A stretch of DNA of 64,000 bases from Malacoraja senta (Eukaryota): assembly GCA_038087875.1 (NCBI GenBank), contig CM075980.1, positions 9,734,001-9,798,000 on the forward strand. The letters are read 5' to 3'. Both the position numbers and the translations under genes were made by a program. This document shows positions 50,620-62,610 of the stretch, one piece after another. Positions within the stretch are counted from its first letter, which is position 1; the number at the start of each line of letters is the position of its first letter. A model generated the notes under the pieces. The model was given only the letters and a program-made list of their open reading frames with translations, had not been told where the DNA came from and ran no database searches.

Positions 50620-52400
50620 AATCTGCACAATTTGGAAATCTAAAACAATTGCCAAAAATGCTAGAAATGCCAGCGGGTCAGAAAAGAGAATTAATTAACA
50701 TTTCAAGTTGAAGCCAGGTTTGAACTGAGAAAGAGGGAAAATAAATTGGTTTTAAGTTGCAGAAAAGGTGGGGGTTGAACATGTAGTACAAAGGGAAGAT
50801 AGATGCAAAAAGCTGGAGCAACTCAGCGGGACAGGCAGCATCTCTGGAGAGAATGAATGGGTGACGTTTTGGGTTGAGACCCTTCAGACTGGTTAGGAAT
50901 AAGGGAAACGAGATATATAGACGGTGATGTGGAGAGATAAAGAACAATGAATGAAAGATGCAAAAAAATAACGATAATAAAGGAAACAGGCCATTGTAAG
51001 CTGTTTGTAGGGTCAAAATGAGAAGCTGGTGCGACTTGGGTAGGGGATAGATGGGATAGATAGAGAGAGAGAGAGGGAATGCCGGGGCTACCTGGTGAGA
51101 GAAATCAATATTCATACCACTGGGCTATTCGATGTTCTATATCTCTCCACATCACCGTCTATATCTCTCGTTTCCCTTATCGCTAACCAGTCTGAAGAAG
51201 GGTCTTGATCCGAAACATCATCCATTCCTTCTCCCCAGAGATGCTGCCTGTCCCGCTGTGTTACTCCAGCTTTTTATGTCTATCTTCGGTTTAAACCATC
51301 TGCAGTTCCTTCTTACACATTTAGTACAAAGGGAATATCTCTGATAGGGTTACATTGCTCTTTGGGTTAATGAAACGGTGGTCTGGTCAATGGAGACAGT
51401 TAGAGAGAGATCGAAAGGAACAAATGCTATAAGATGAGTGGCAAATTACAAAGATTGAAAAGGTGTGATATGCAGGACTATAGGACATGTCCAAGAGTCA
51501 GATTGTACTAGTGGAGATAAAATAGACAGCTCATAGCACAGCTGGACAACGTAACAGAAATGGCCATTTCTGATACTGACAAAGTCAACTATCTGACATT
51601 CTAGGAGTTGGGAGTCTGGAAGACTCCAATGTGCTTAAATGAAAGATGTCCCTTAAACTGGCATTGAGCACCATTGTAACTTTGCAAGAGGCCACAGACA
51701 ATTAGTGAAAACTGAGAATTAAAATGGCAGGCAGCAGGAAGCTCTGAGTTGCCTCTGCAGAACCAACACATGTACTCCACATAGCAGTTACCCAATCAGA
51801 GTTTGGTTTCTCGAATGCAGAGGAAACCACATTGTAAACACCAAATGCAATAAATTAGATTTAGTGATTACTGTGAATTGCTGCTTCATTTGATAGAATT
51901 GTTTTGGTCCTTTGACAGTAGAATGGAAAAAACAAAAGGTCACGAGCTGCATTTCTGGTAGTTGACTGGGAACTTAGCATAAGGAGGGGTAATGGTGGTG
52001 ATGGAAAAGTGGATCTTGGGAGTCAAAGAAAGCAATCAATTCAAAATGCTGAAAAGAGCAGGTTAAGAAGATGTGTCCATAGGTGGGAACTATATGCTGG
52101 TGAAATTGTGAAAGATGAACTTAAATGTAGAAGCAGATGGGTTGGAAAATGAGGACCAGGGGAACCTTGCTTTGTTCAGGAGAGGGTGTCAGAGCCAAGA
52201 AGTGGACAGAAACAGATTCAGTCAAGGGATCTTCAGCCATTATAATGGGGAGGCCACTATTCAGGAAGAAGGACAGTGTTTTGGAGGCACCTATGTGGAA
52301 AGTTTCTTCAATGGATCAAATACGATGAAAATAAAATGGAACTGGAAAATAGAATAAAGTCCTTACAGGAGGCAGAGTGCAAAGAAGTTTAGTTGATATT
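50620..52400 (-). mobile_element. Old Penelope-like element (degenerate GIY-YIG region) between MRPL40 and C22orf39
   Basis: Degenerate NLIYCIWC...RETK...LG...LPAACHFNS...GLL motifs (ORF 51601-51795). Confidence 0.7.
50798..51321. mobile_element. Young Penelope-like element 3' end plus inverted partial copy, 14-bp TSD
   Basis: Minus strand ends the ORF as ...PSGMNIDFSH, typical of the PLE GIY-YIG C-terminus. Inverted copy at 51130-51320. TSD tagtacaaagggaa at 50784-50797 and 51322-51335. Confidence 0.8.
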
Positions 52401-52792
52401 CTCATGGTGGCTTTCATTAATATTCAACACTTTAAGTTGGTTTGTGCGCCTCGTCATTCAGATTTTCTGCAACTGCCACTATAACAAAAGCATTCTAACA
52501 ACATGATACACAGATAAATGAGTAGGCTGAGTTTTTCATTATAGAATACGGATCTGAAGGCAAAATTACCTTAAAACCACTTCCTGCACCTAGCAACCGC
52601 ATATCAGTTTGATTCAAGATTGAGGTTGCACCAAATCCAAAAATGAATCCAGATTTTCAGATGCTATTAAGAACCTAAGATGTTTTGCGTTGGATTAGCC
52701 TAAATCCAATTTTATAAAGAATCAACATAACAAAAGTTGTGGACTGTTATCCAACAATATGATAGTTTAACTCCAGGAGCAGGTAATTTCCA

Positions 52793-52915
52793 TTATTTCT
52801 CTTTTCCATCACACAGGGGAAGATGCCATTCAGCTGGTGGATTCTTCCTCATCTCCCAGATTGGATCCCTCTTTTGTTCTTCTAACCTTTTCTTCTCACT
52901 ATCACGTAAAGCTTC
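52793..52915 (-). CDS. C22orf39: C22orf39 last coding exon
   Basis: tttacag|EALRDSEKKR...WEMRKNPPAEWHLPL...TAA. Confidence 0.93.
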   Translation of the reverse strand, partial: EALRDSEKKRLEEQKRDPIWEMRKNPPAEWHLPLCDGKEK

Positions 52916-55900
52916 CTGTAAAATTAAAAACAAACTAACAATTAGAGCCATGTTAATTTTCAACCAGAAGCTGCTGCTAAAGCTTTTGTCGAAAGAAACT
53001 TATACTGCCTCCTGAAAGAAGGCCTGTGAAGTCTTGCATGGAAGAAATACTCTTCCAGGAAGCTTAATATAGAAATTATGTGATTCAGGGCTGGGATACC
53101 TTTTCTTTCCAGCAATTGCCCCCAAAACATGTGTGTGTGTGTTAATACTGGGTGACTGCAGGTTATTGAGCAATGCTCACCCATTGTTCAAGCTCATGAA
53201 TGCAAGCATAGGTTGATAGTGAGCAATCAGGAGCAAGAACTGCTGCTGAATTTCCTGCCCTCTATCCAATGGCATAAGCCCAAACTTGTTTCACAGTTCA
53301 AATGAAGATATTCAGCTCACTAGCAATTTGGGAACTGCCCAATCATGGCTAGTTGTTGTTATTAAGAGAATCATCGGTTTATTTAAATCAGAGTTAAATT
53401 ATTTTGTGACAATCCTACCAAACTCAGATTTGAGATGATTGAGTGTTATTCATAATAATACCTCTACACATTTTCAATTTGCTGTATTTAAAAGGCATAA
53501 CACTTTTTTAGTTTTAGTTTTAGAGATACAGCACGGAAACAGGCCTTTCGGCCCACTGAGTCTGCACAAACCAGCGATCCCCGCACAGTAACACTATCCC
53601 ACACACACTAGGGACAATTTACCCTTATACCAAGCCAATTAACCTACAAACCTGTACTTTAGAGTGTGGGAGGAAACCAAAGATCTCGAAGAAAACCACG
53701 CCGAGAACGTACACCCATAGTCAGGATCGAACTCGGGTCTCCGGTGCAGTAAGGCAGCACTCTACCGCTGCACCACCGTGCCGCCCTACTTCATTATAAT
53801 CATTGTTACAATGAACCCAGAAGGTTTAAAGGACCTCGGGTTAAAAGGCCTGGTCAAGTTAAAGCGAGAGCAGGAACTAAAGGGCCTGTCCCACGGGCGG
53901 GCGATTTCATGCGGCAAGCGCGACCTCCCCGGAAGCGGAGGCCGCGCAGCTGACGCGCGGTTGCCGCGCGGGGACCGAGTGATCACCGTACGGCCTGTCC
54001 CACGGGCATGCGCTTCCATGCGGCGAGCGCGACCTTACCGGAAGCGGGTGCCGCGCGGAGGCCGAGTGATCACCGTACGGCCTGTCCCAAGGGCATGCGA
54101 TTCCATGCGGCGTGCGCGACCTTACCGGAAGCGGGGGGTGAGCGGACGTCCAGTTCGAGCAAAGTCCTTTGGAAGCTCGAGCGGTTTTTATGTAGGTGAA
54201 CACGGGTAGGTGATGTTTCGGGTTTTATGTAGGTGAACACGGGTAGGTGATGTTTCGGGTCGAGATCCTTCCTCAGACCATAGAAGACTGCAGAAGACTT
54301 CAGTCCGAAAAGGTGTCTCGACCCGAAATGTCACCTATTCCTTTTCTCCAGAGATGCTGTCTAACCCGTTGAGTTACTGCAGCTTTTTGTGTCTATAAGA
54401 TTAATTCCAAAATAGCTGAGCAACTACTGAGTTCAAGGCAAGAGAAGAGGCTGGGCAGGCTGGGACTTATACAAGAGAGTGGTACTATCTTTCATCATCA
54501 ACATCAATGAAGTTAACAAATTCAATGTACCAAATTAAGGAGTTTGGAGACCTATCAGGATGCTTTCCAAAGCAAGTATGTGTCATCTTAGCCAAGGGAA
54601 AATAGTGTATAAAATCAGCTGAAACTCATGGAAATAAAATTACATTTGTGTAAGCTGGAGGAAACGTTGACATTCCTTTTGGGGAATTTACAACATGAGA
54701 GTCCTGAATGCATTATCATTATAAATTAGAACGATTTGGACCAGTAAGCTTGAAGGTTTAAATGTGCAGTAGGTAATTATATATGGAGCCGAAATGAACA
54801 ATTATAACTGAAACATTTCGCCAACGCTATTGTGTACGTACGGATGAAAAGAGGCATTTAATTCCGTTTTCTACTTCTCCCTTCTTCACGATATAATTTT
54901 TTTCAGCAAGTGAAACCTATTTACTGTTTAAAAACTGAAAGTAATGTTTTTACACACTTCATTCTTATGTGAGTCATAAGTATGAATGAAGATTCAAAGC
55001 ACCTTACTGATCAAGCAACACAACAAATATCATTTGTAAAATTTGGATTGATTTGGTATTCACACTTTACCACCAACATCATTTGACCAAATAAGGGGAC
55101 AACATTTAAAATATTGTCCAATAAATATACTCTTGTGATTAAGATGTATTTTAAACTGCAAATGGTTTACCAAAGGTATCAAGGAATTATTCGAGCAGAA
55201 TTTTATACTTGGATCCCAAAGCACATATTTAATTAAATACATTAACTACTTATCTTTAACCATGAATATTTGATGATGTTTTCACAATAACATATATCTG
55301 CTTCTCACTTCTTCGGTGTAAATGGGCATCTGCAGTTCCTTGCTTCACAACAATTCCAGAGTTGACGGAAACGGTGCACGTGGCGTCGAGGCGGTGCGCG
55401 CAGCCTTGATGCGGCAGCGGGGCGGCAGGCCGTTGCTGCACGAGATTTTTGAACAGTGTCACTTTTTCAGAGCCCCGCGCGGTGTCGGGACCAACTCCAT
55501 ACGGCTCCGGCGATCTACGTGGGACCGACACCGCGACCAACGCGCGCGCGGTCCTCGGGCGGCCCCCGCTTCCTGTTAGGTCGCGCTTGCCGCATGAAAT
55601 CGCCCGCCGTGGGACAGGCCCTTAAGACCCATGCGAATTGAGAGGATGCATGGGAAGCATTACTTGGTGAACCAAATACCAAAAATCTGGGTTCAAATAG
55701 TGGGATAGCAGATATTTGGGATTCTTTTGTATCTAAATATATATATATTTGGATAACCAGCATTATGGTATGTTAATAGAACTTTCTTTTAAATGCAATT
55801 TATGGTAATACGTATAAAAGTGAAGATGTTCTCATCGTCATAAGAGAACACGGGTTCATAATACTGTATCAGCATTGTTTTATGACAATTTGAACAATCT

Positions 55901-58815
55901 TTACACTTATTACCATCAATTGCATTAAAAGATACTTTATCACGACTTTTTCTGTTACTTTAATTCAAATACGTATTATAGAGGGGAGTGAGAATATCCA
56001 ATGTCACTAAAATCAATTGAGATTTAACTTTGTACTCTCCAGCTCCCTCATCCCTGTTCTATCCCAATCAACACATTGGATTAAAGCTCACCTCAACTCC
56101 ATCTACCTGCCACTGTTATTCACCACTACCCTGACCCATCAAAACATAGCAATCTCAGTCTCCTTTAAACATTGCCCCTCTCAACGTTAATCTATGTCCT
56201 CCAGTCTTTGACATTTCCACACTGGCAAAAAGGTTCTGTATGTCTCTAATTACCTAGTGTCCACGCCGACCATTGACCATTGATCACCCGTTCACATTAG
56301 CTATCACACTAGGGGCAATTTACAGAGACTAATTAACCTACGAATCCGCACATCTTTAGGATGTGGGAGGAAACTGGAGCACCCAGAGAAAATCCACAAG
56401 ATCACAAGGAGAACGTCACACAGACAGCACCGGAGGTCAGGATCGATCCTGGGTCTCTGGCACTGTGAGGCAGCAGGTCTACTGCTGCACACTGTGCTCC
56501 CCAAGCTTTCACCAAAAATAATCCTGAGAAAAATAAGTGTGCCATTTAGCATTTAACATGTTTTCTTCAGAATTCTCACCTTAGTTTCTCCAGACTTATA
56601 TTTTTCCCATTCCCTGCAATTTTTGTAATCTGTTTTCCACTGCTTACATGAGGGGAACTCTCCATAGGTGTAGTAATGATGGAAGCGATTCCTCAGACTC
56701 CGACAATGCTTCCATTCACTCCAATAATCATCACACATCCGAGGAGGCTGTAATATGATTGTCAATGCCATGTTAGAGACAGCTGACAGAAGACAAATTT
56801 TCTTTAAAATATCTTATCATAGTAAGAATCCTGCATAATACTGTTTGACCTTTTTATTATTTAAGCCCAGAAATGAGCATCAGCCATAACCATCATTCAG
56901 TGCCCACTCCTATGTGAGGTGGCTGTATTGTGCTGACTTGCTACACTGCTGCATTATGTGGTGAAGGAGTTTCCACAGTCCTGTTAATTGGCAATGATGA
57001 TTAAAGAATTACAATAAAGAAACAAAAATATTTCCACCAGATTGATATGTTACTTGGAAGTAGGGATGAACCCATGCCTTTGTTCCTCTGGTAGGAATCT
57101 AGGCTTCTGGAGTTCAACACTCCTGTACACGGTCTGAACTAAGATGCACAATGCTGAGACTCCCAGAATAGAAGACTACCACATACTGTATGCCAATATA
57201 ATACCTAAATGGAACCATGTCGTTATTGGCTTTGTGCCTACACGATTGTACTGAGAATACACACCATGTGGATGAAGACTACTCTTGGCACAGGCAGTGA
57301 ATTATTAAATACATCTAAAAAGGCATCCAAGTAATACCACATCATGAGATTTATTAAATACGCAGTTGACTTTTGTAAACTTATTGGTCCAAGACAATCA
57401 CGAGAAATGCTAGCAATTCCACACCAACATTTCTCCATTCGTCCTGTAATTATCAACACTACGGGTGTCCTGTGCAGAAGCTGAAAAGCAGAACTTGCAC
57501 ATGGCTCTTTGCTGGGATATTGCCAACTGCACCCCCACTGTTGAATCCAGCGGCAGAGTGTGATTTCACTGCAATTAGTCTGCACTTACACAGTTTAAAT
57601 CTGGCGCAGAAAAAAGCAGACCCGTTATTTTAATGCAGGGAATTAAGTCTAAGTAATAAATATTTTACAGCATTTGAAATGTTTATATTTAAAGTGTTTA
57701 AATGTTTAATTATTTTTTAATGATTTCAATTAATTAAAAAATATATAATTTTAAGTGTTTAAAAAGCTTCTGACTGCCAGCCAACGAGGCAGTTTGTCAG
57801 ACAGCTAAGCTTTAGCGCATGGTTCACTCAGCAGTCAGGGTCAAAGATACTAGAGGAGCTAGTATCTTTGGTCAGGGTTTCTCCAACTGCTTTGTGGGCA
57901 GGTTCGAATATAAATGCATTGCTCAGAGCAAGCTAAATACACGCAAAATATCAAACTGGTAGAAAACAAAGTTAGGCCATTTATCGAGCAAGCTAGTGGT
58001 GATCACAGGTAGCTCAACGGCCAGAAGTTCCAGCCATTTAATGCCGCCTCAACGACATGCATTTGCATAGCAAATTCTGCGACACTGCAATCGAAAATCA
58101 ATAAACGGTAACTAGTAGAAATCTGAACTAAAAGTGAGGATGCTGGATGAAGTTCAGTCTGGCGAGCAGCATATTTCCAGCATTTCCTGTTTTCATTCTA
58201 GTGTGTTGGCCCAAACACGGGGAGATCTGCACCATTATCAATATCACTTGGTTAATCTGCCGCACTATTAGTAAACATCAACCAGAAAAGAAACGTGTTC
58301 CCTCTCCCTGACTCACAACCTGAAGAAGGGTCCCGACCTGAAACGTCACCCATTCCTTCTATCAAGACATGCTGGCTGTCCCGCTGAGTTACTCCAGCAT
58401 TTTGTGCCTATTCCCGATCCGAAACATCTCCTATCCATGTTTTTCTCCAGAGATGCTGACTGACCTACAGCGTTACTCCAGCATTTTGTGTCTACCTCTT
58501 GTTAAAACCCAAAACAGATCAATGTTTTCACCAGACCCGAATCATCACCCATCCCTTTTCTCCAGAGATGCTGCCTGTCCCGTTGAGTTACTCTAGCATT
58601 TTGTGTCCATCTTCGGTGTAAACCAGCATTCTTCCTACACTTTCCATCAGAGTGACCTGTCTCTACTGTAGTATTCTGTGATCATGGAGGTGTCAGACCA
58701 AGTGACACGAGTATCCGTGCTCCTCCGCGGCAGTGTGACTCTGGAGTTGCTACTGCAACCTCCCGCAGTCGGGAGCCGGGCCCACACTTACCCTCCACAG
58801 GTCAACACTCGCCAT
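52793..58815 (-). CDS. C22orf39: C22orf39 homolog (UPF0545), 104 aa; exons 58815-58792, 56747-56580, 52915-52793
   Basis: MASVDLWR|PPRMCDDYWSEWKHCRSLRNRFHHYYTYGEFPSCKQWKTDYKNCREWEKYKSGETK|EALRDSEKKRLEEQKRDPIWEMRKNPPAEWHLPLCDGKEK*. Introns are phase 0 GT-AG. Syntenic with HIRA/MRPL40. Confidence 0.93.
53507..53786 (-). mobile_element. Full-length tRNA-derived HE1/V-SINE
   Basis: 5' GGGCGGCACGGTGGTGCAGCGG (A box), GAGTTCGATCC (B box), V-domain ggtttcctcccacac, CR1-like tail gggccgaaaggcctgtttccgtgctgtatctct(aaaact)n. Confidence 0.88.
53881..55622. mobile_element. PIF/Harbinger-type element (long TIRs, TAA TSD) in C22orf39 intron 2
   Basis: TAA|AGGGCCTGTCCCACGGGCGGGCGATTTCATGCGGCAAGCGCGACCT ... 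inverse at 55577-55622|TAA. Confidence 0.72.
56270..56500 (-). mobile_element. HE1/V-SINE
   Basis: gatgtgggaggaaactggagcacc...caggatcgatcctgggtctctggcactgtgaggcagc. Confidence 0.8.
56580..56747 (-). CDS. C22orf39: C22orf39 exon 2 (168 nt)
   Basis: ttacag|PPRMCDDYWSEW...SGETK|gtgag; CX9C-like cysteine pairs. Confidence 0.95.
58320..58347 (+). ncRNA. Minimal type I hammerhead-ribozyme-like core
   Basis: CUGAAGA-A-GGGU(CCCG)ACCU-GAAAC-GUC. Confidence 0.5.
58792..58815 (-). CDS. C22orf39: C22orf39 coding exon 1 (24 nt)
   Basis: aggATGGCGAGTGTTGACCTGTGGAGG|gtaagt. Confidence 0.88.
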
Positions 58816-58839
58816 CCTCGCCCTTCCGTCTGCACCTCT

Positions 58840-59040
58840 CCCCGGACATCGGGGTCTGTCAATCACAGCACGTTGCGGAATAAAGATTGACTAATCGGCG
58901 TCACACGTCCGAGAGAGGTCCCGCCTCCGCGCCGGGACGTCGCTAGTTAGCCTATTATTTACATAACTTGCATATTCATGAGTGGATCTAGCCAATCGCT
59001 GCAAGAGTGGGCGGAGTCTGCGCGGGGAGGTTCCCTGCTG
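58840..59040 (-). promoter_or_regulatory. C22orf39 CpG promoter
   Basis: CpG-rich. GC box GGGCGGAG near 59008, CCAAT near 58992, octamer/MORE-like TTGCATATTCAT near 58968, GACGTC near 58936. Confidence 0.7.
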
Positions 59041-60144
59041 ATCCGAAAATAGACACAAAATGCTGGAGTAACTCAGCGGGACAGGCAGCATCTCTGGGGT
59101 AAAACAGACGTTTCGGATCGGGATTAGACGCAAAATGCTGGAGTAAGCGGGACAGCCAGCATGTCTGGATAGAAGGAATGGGTGATGTTTCGGGTCGTGA
59201 CCCTTTTTCAGGTTGAGATTCAGGGGAGAGGCAGGCACAGAGATTAAGAAGCAGCGAGAGAGGATGTCGCAGAACTCTAGTCGGAGAGAGGAGAGAACTT
59301 CTTCAGAGTAGGCACACCTTGAGGAGATTTTGCAGAGAAAGCAGACAAAATGTGTCCGAAGGAACTGCAAATGTTGGTTTACACCGAAGATAGACACAAA
59401 TTGCTGGAGTAACTCAGCGGGACGGGCAGCATCTCTGGATAGAAGGAGGTCTGGTGAAGGGTCTCAACCCGAAACATCACCCATTCCTTCTATCCAGAGA
59501 TGCTGCCTGTTCCGCTGCGTTAATCCAGCATTTTGTGCCTATCGGCGGACAGAGAGAGGCGGATCATTGTTGGTGTTCTCTGCTCTCTATATATTTCGGG
59601 GTTGTATAGAGCAATTCGATACATCTTGAGATTGAATCTAGCGTTTCCATTTTTTGTACTTTAATAGAGTTCGGGAGGGAGCAGATTGTCACTGTTCACA
59701 TGAGCAAGAACAATCTTTTTAAAGCGGAGATAGACACAAATTGCTGGAGTAACTCATCGGGTTTGGCAACTTCTTTGGAGAAAAGGAATAGGTGACATTT
59801 CAGGTTGAGACCCTTCTTCAGTCCAAACCTGAAACGTCACCTATTCCTTTTCTCCAAAGATGATGCCTGACCGGCTGAGTTATGCCAGCATTTTGTTGCT
59901 TATCTTCGGTGTAAACCAGCATCTGCAGTTCCTAAATGTTGATTGGCAGCATAAACATGAAATCAGAAAAGTCTATGTGGTCACTTAAGCCCAGTTTCTT
60001 TATAATCCATCTTCCCTTTACATTTCTGACCTCCTGAGGACCAGTTCTATCACATTTCACCTGAGCCTCACATAATCAACTGAAACTGTGTGTTATCAAT
60101 TCTTGAGATTAGCTCACAGCCTGTAACTCACTCCTGAGTTTTGT

Positions 60145-60530
60145 TTTAGATTCAACATAGAAACAGGCCCTTCAGCCCACCGCTTCTATGCCAACTATCA
60201 ATCACCCATTCTCACTACTGTCTAAACAAGGGTTCCGACCCAGAACGTCACCCATCCTTTTTCTCCAGAGATGCTGCCTGACCCACTGAGTCACTCCAGC
60301 AATTTGTCTATCACACATTCTCACTAGTTCTACGTTATATTTAGTTTCTCATCCAGTCTTTGCACATTAGGAACCATATATGGAGGCCAATTAACCTACA
60401 AACATGTGTGTCTTTGGAATGTGAAAGAAAACCGGAGTGCATGTAGGAAACCCACACAGTAACAGGGAGAACATGCAAACTCCACACATGAACCAGGTTC
60501 TCTGGCGCTGTGAGGCAGTAGTTCCACCAA
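60145..60530 (-). mobile_element. HE1/V-SINE with Penelope-type repeat inserted (TSD cattctcacta)
   Basis: SINE body split at about 60218-60315; duplicated atcac(c/a)cattctcacta. Confidence 0.75.
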
Positions 60531-62091
60531 ATGCATTACTGCCCCCCCCCCCCGCCCGATTAAGTATCATTGTATATATAACTCTACCAAATCCCTGCAT
60601 CAGATGTGGAACATCCTCACCCATGGCTGAGACCTTCTGTGATCTCTCAGTACAAGACAGCACTGCATCAAACCATTTTCTAACATGTTTGTTTGTGTGG
60701 GCCTCTTCAATGTCTCCTATATTTCCAGTTTAACATTAGCAGTACTCTGACAAAGTGATTAGTCTCACCACTTTAGTAACTGCACTAATATTTCCTCATG
60801 TAGCTCAGCTTCAATTATTTTTGGTAACAATAACGCAGAGTGCCTTGACATATTTTGCTAAATCACATGAAAGTTGCTATTGTTCTTGGTTCAAGGTCTT
60901 TTCAGCTGTAACTCTCCCTCAGCAATCAAAGGAACTTCACTTCAATATCTGTGCCATGGTTAAATTTTGCCCATAATGTCTTCCAGGAAATGTTAAATCT
61001 AATTTAATAGTTCCACTATTCCAAAGAGTTGGAAAATCCTAATTTACTTCTCACACTCCATTCCTTCTGCAAATTCAATCTGTTAAAATTGTACGATTGG
61101 CATTACCAAAGCACCATTTAATTAATCTAAAGTCCCCTCCCACTTCTTCCAACTTCAGGACTTTAGGATTTAGGTTTCCTTTGGAATTTTTCTGATAAAT
61201 GAAGAATTTCTTCTCCTACTCAGTGCCTAATCGGATGGAACATAAAGGCTACCCATGGGGTGCTCTGGCTCCACAGCTAAGTCTTTCTTCAAGTACATAT
61301 TGGCAAGGGGATAACTTTGCTGCATTGCTAAAACCTGAAATGATTCCAAGAAGTACCTTTGATTATTGCGGCTTGTAGATGTGGGCAATGTTACAAAGAA
61401 AATAGCACAATGAATAACAGACCCACCTTCCCTTTCCTGAACAAGGCCTTGCAGTGATGATGCAAAACAACATCACAGCAGGATATCGTCTCCATTAAAT
61501 TTCCTGTATTTAAGTGACCGGCTGTCATATTACTGTAACATTTCACCTTCTCATCGAATAACACGTTAATTAGATCAATATTTAGGTCACCTAAAAAGAG
61601 TATAACCTAACCATGTAATTCTTAGAAATTTCATTGTGACAGACATACAGTCAGGCAGTGATGGAAATGGGGGGGTATGCAGGGGGACGGCGTTCCCCTA
61701 ATTTTCAGTTTCCAGTTTATGTCCAATTTCGGTACAAGAAGGGAGTCAGAGTTGTTAAATACGTTTTTTTTTTAAATGACCATGGATAATCGTTACAACG
61801 AGTCACGCTGCATCGGCCATGAGATGAAAATGATTTGTTAACTACCACTGTTAGCACTTGTAACAGCCAGTAGTTAACACGTAGTTATACAAAGTGTCAT
61901 CAATACATCAATCCACATTCCTCAGTAAATGTAATTGTGTTTTGACCATGTATTAATGACACCGCGTTCCTTTGAATAAAATTCATGGGGGAATTTAATA
62001 AACTCACTGTCATTGCTCCAGACCGCGAGCACGGGCTTCTTCTGGTGAGCAGGTAGTCACGTTATTTTATTATTCCACGTTATTTTATTAT

Positions 62092-62610
62092 TCTCTCACT
62101 CTCTCTCCCTCGTCCTCACCCTCTCTCCCTCATCCTCTCTCCCTCTCTCGCTGTGTCTCTCTGTCTTTCGCTCTCTCTTTCCCTCCCTCTCTCCCTCTCT
62201 CGCTGTGTCTCTCTGTCTTTCGCTCTCTCCTTCCCTCCCCCTCTCGCTGTGTCTCTCTGTCTTTCACTCTCTCCTTCCCTCCCTCTCTCGCTGTGTCTCT
62301 CTGTCATTCACTCTCTCCTTCCCTCCCTCTCTCCCTCTCTCGCTGTGTCTCTCTGTCTTTCACTCTCTCCTTCCCTCCCTCTCTCCCTCTCTCGCTTTGT
62401 CTCTCTGTCTTTCGCTCTCTCCTTCCTTCCCTCTCTCCCTCTCTCGCTGTGTCTCTCTGTCTTTCACTCTCTCCTTCCCTCCCTCTCTCGCTTTGTCTCT
62501 CTGTCTTTCCCTCTCCTTCCCTCCCTCTCTCCCTCTCTCACTTTGTCTCGCTGTCGTTCGCTCTCTCCTTCCCTCCCTCTCTCCCTCTCTCGCTGTGTCT
62601 CTCTGTCTTT
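62092..62610. repeat. CT-rich minisatellite, about 50-58 bp unit
   Basis: Repeats of ctctcgctgtgtctctctgtctttc(a/g)ctctctccttccctccct. Confidence 0.95.

Noticed and set aside
53720-53786. tRNA-like A/B boxes
   Set aside because: Head of a V-SINE, not a tRNA gene.
53778-54209. 143-aa Arg-rich ORF with internal repeat
   Set aside because: GC-rich reiterated transposon TIR units; no domain recognised.
58318-58640. Tandem repeat units resembling a CRISPR array or multimeric retrozyme
   Set aside because: Eukaryotic Penelope-type units without unique spacers; the second and third units lack the CTGAAGA core.
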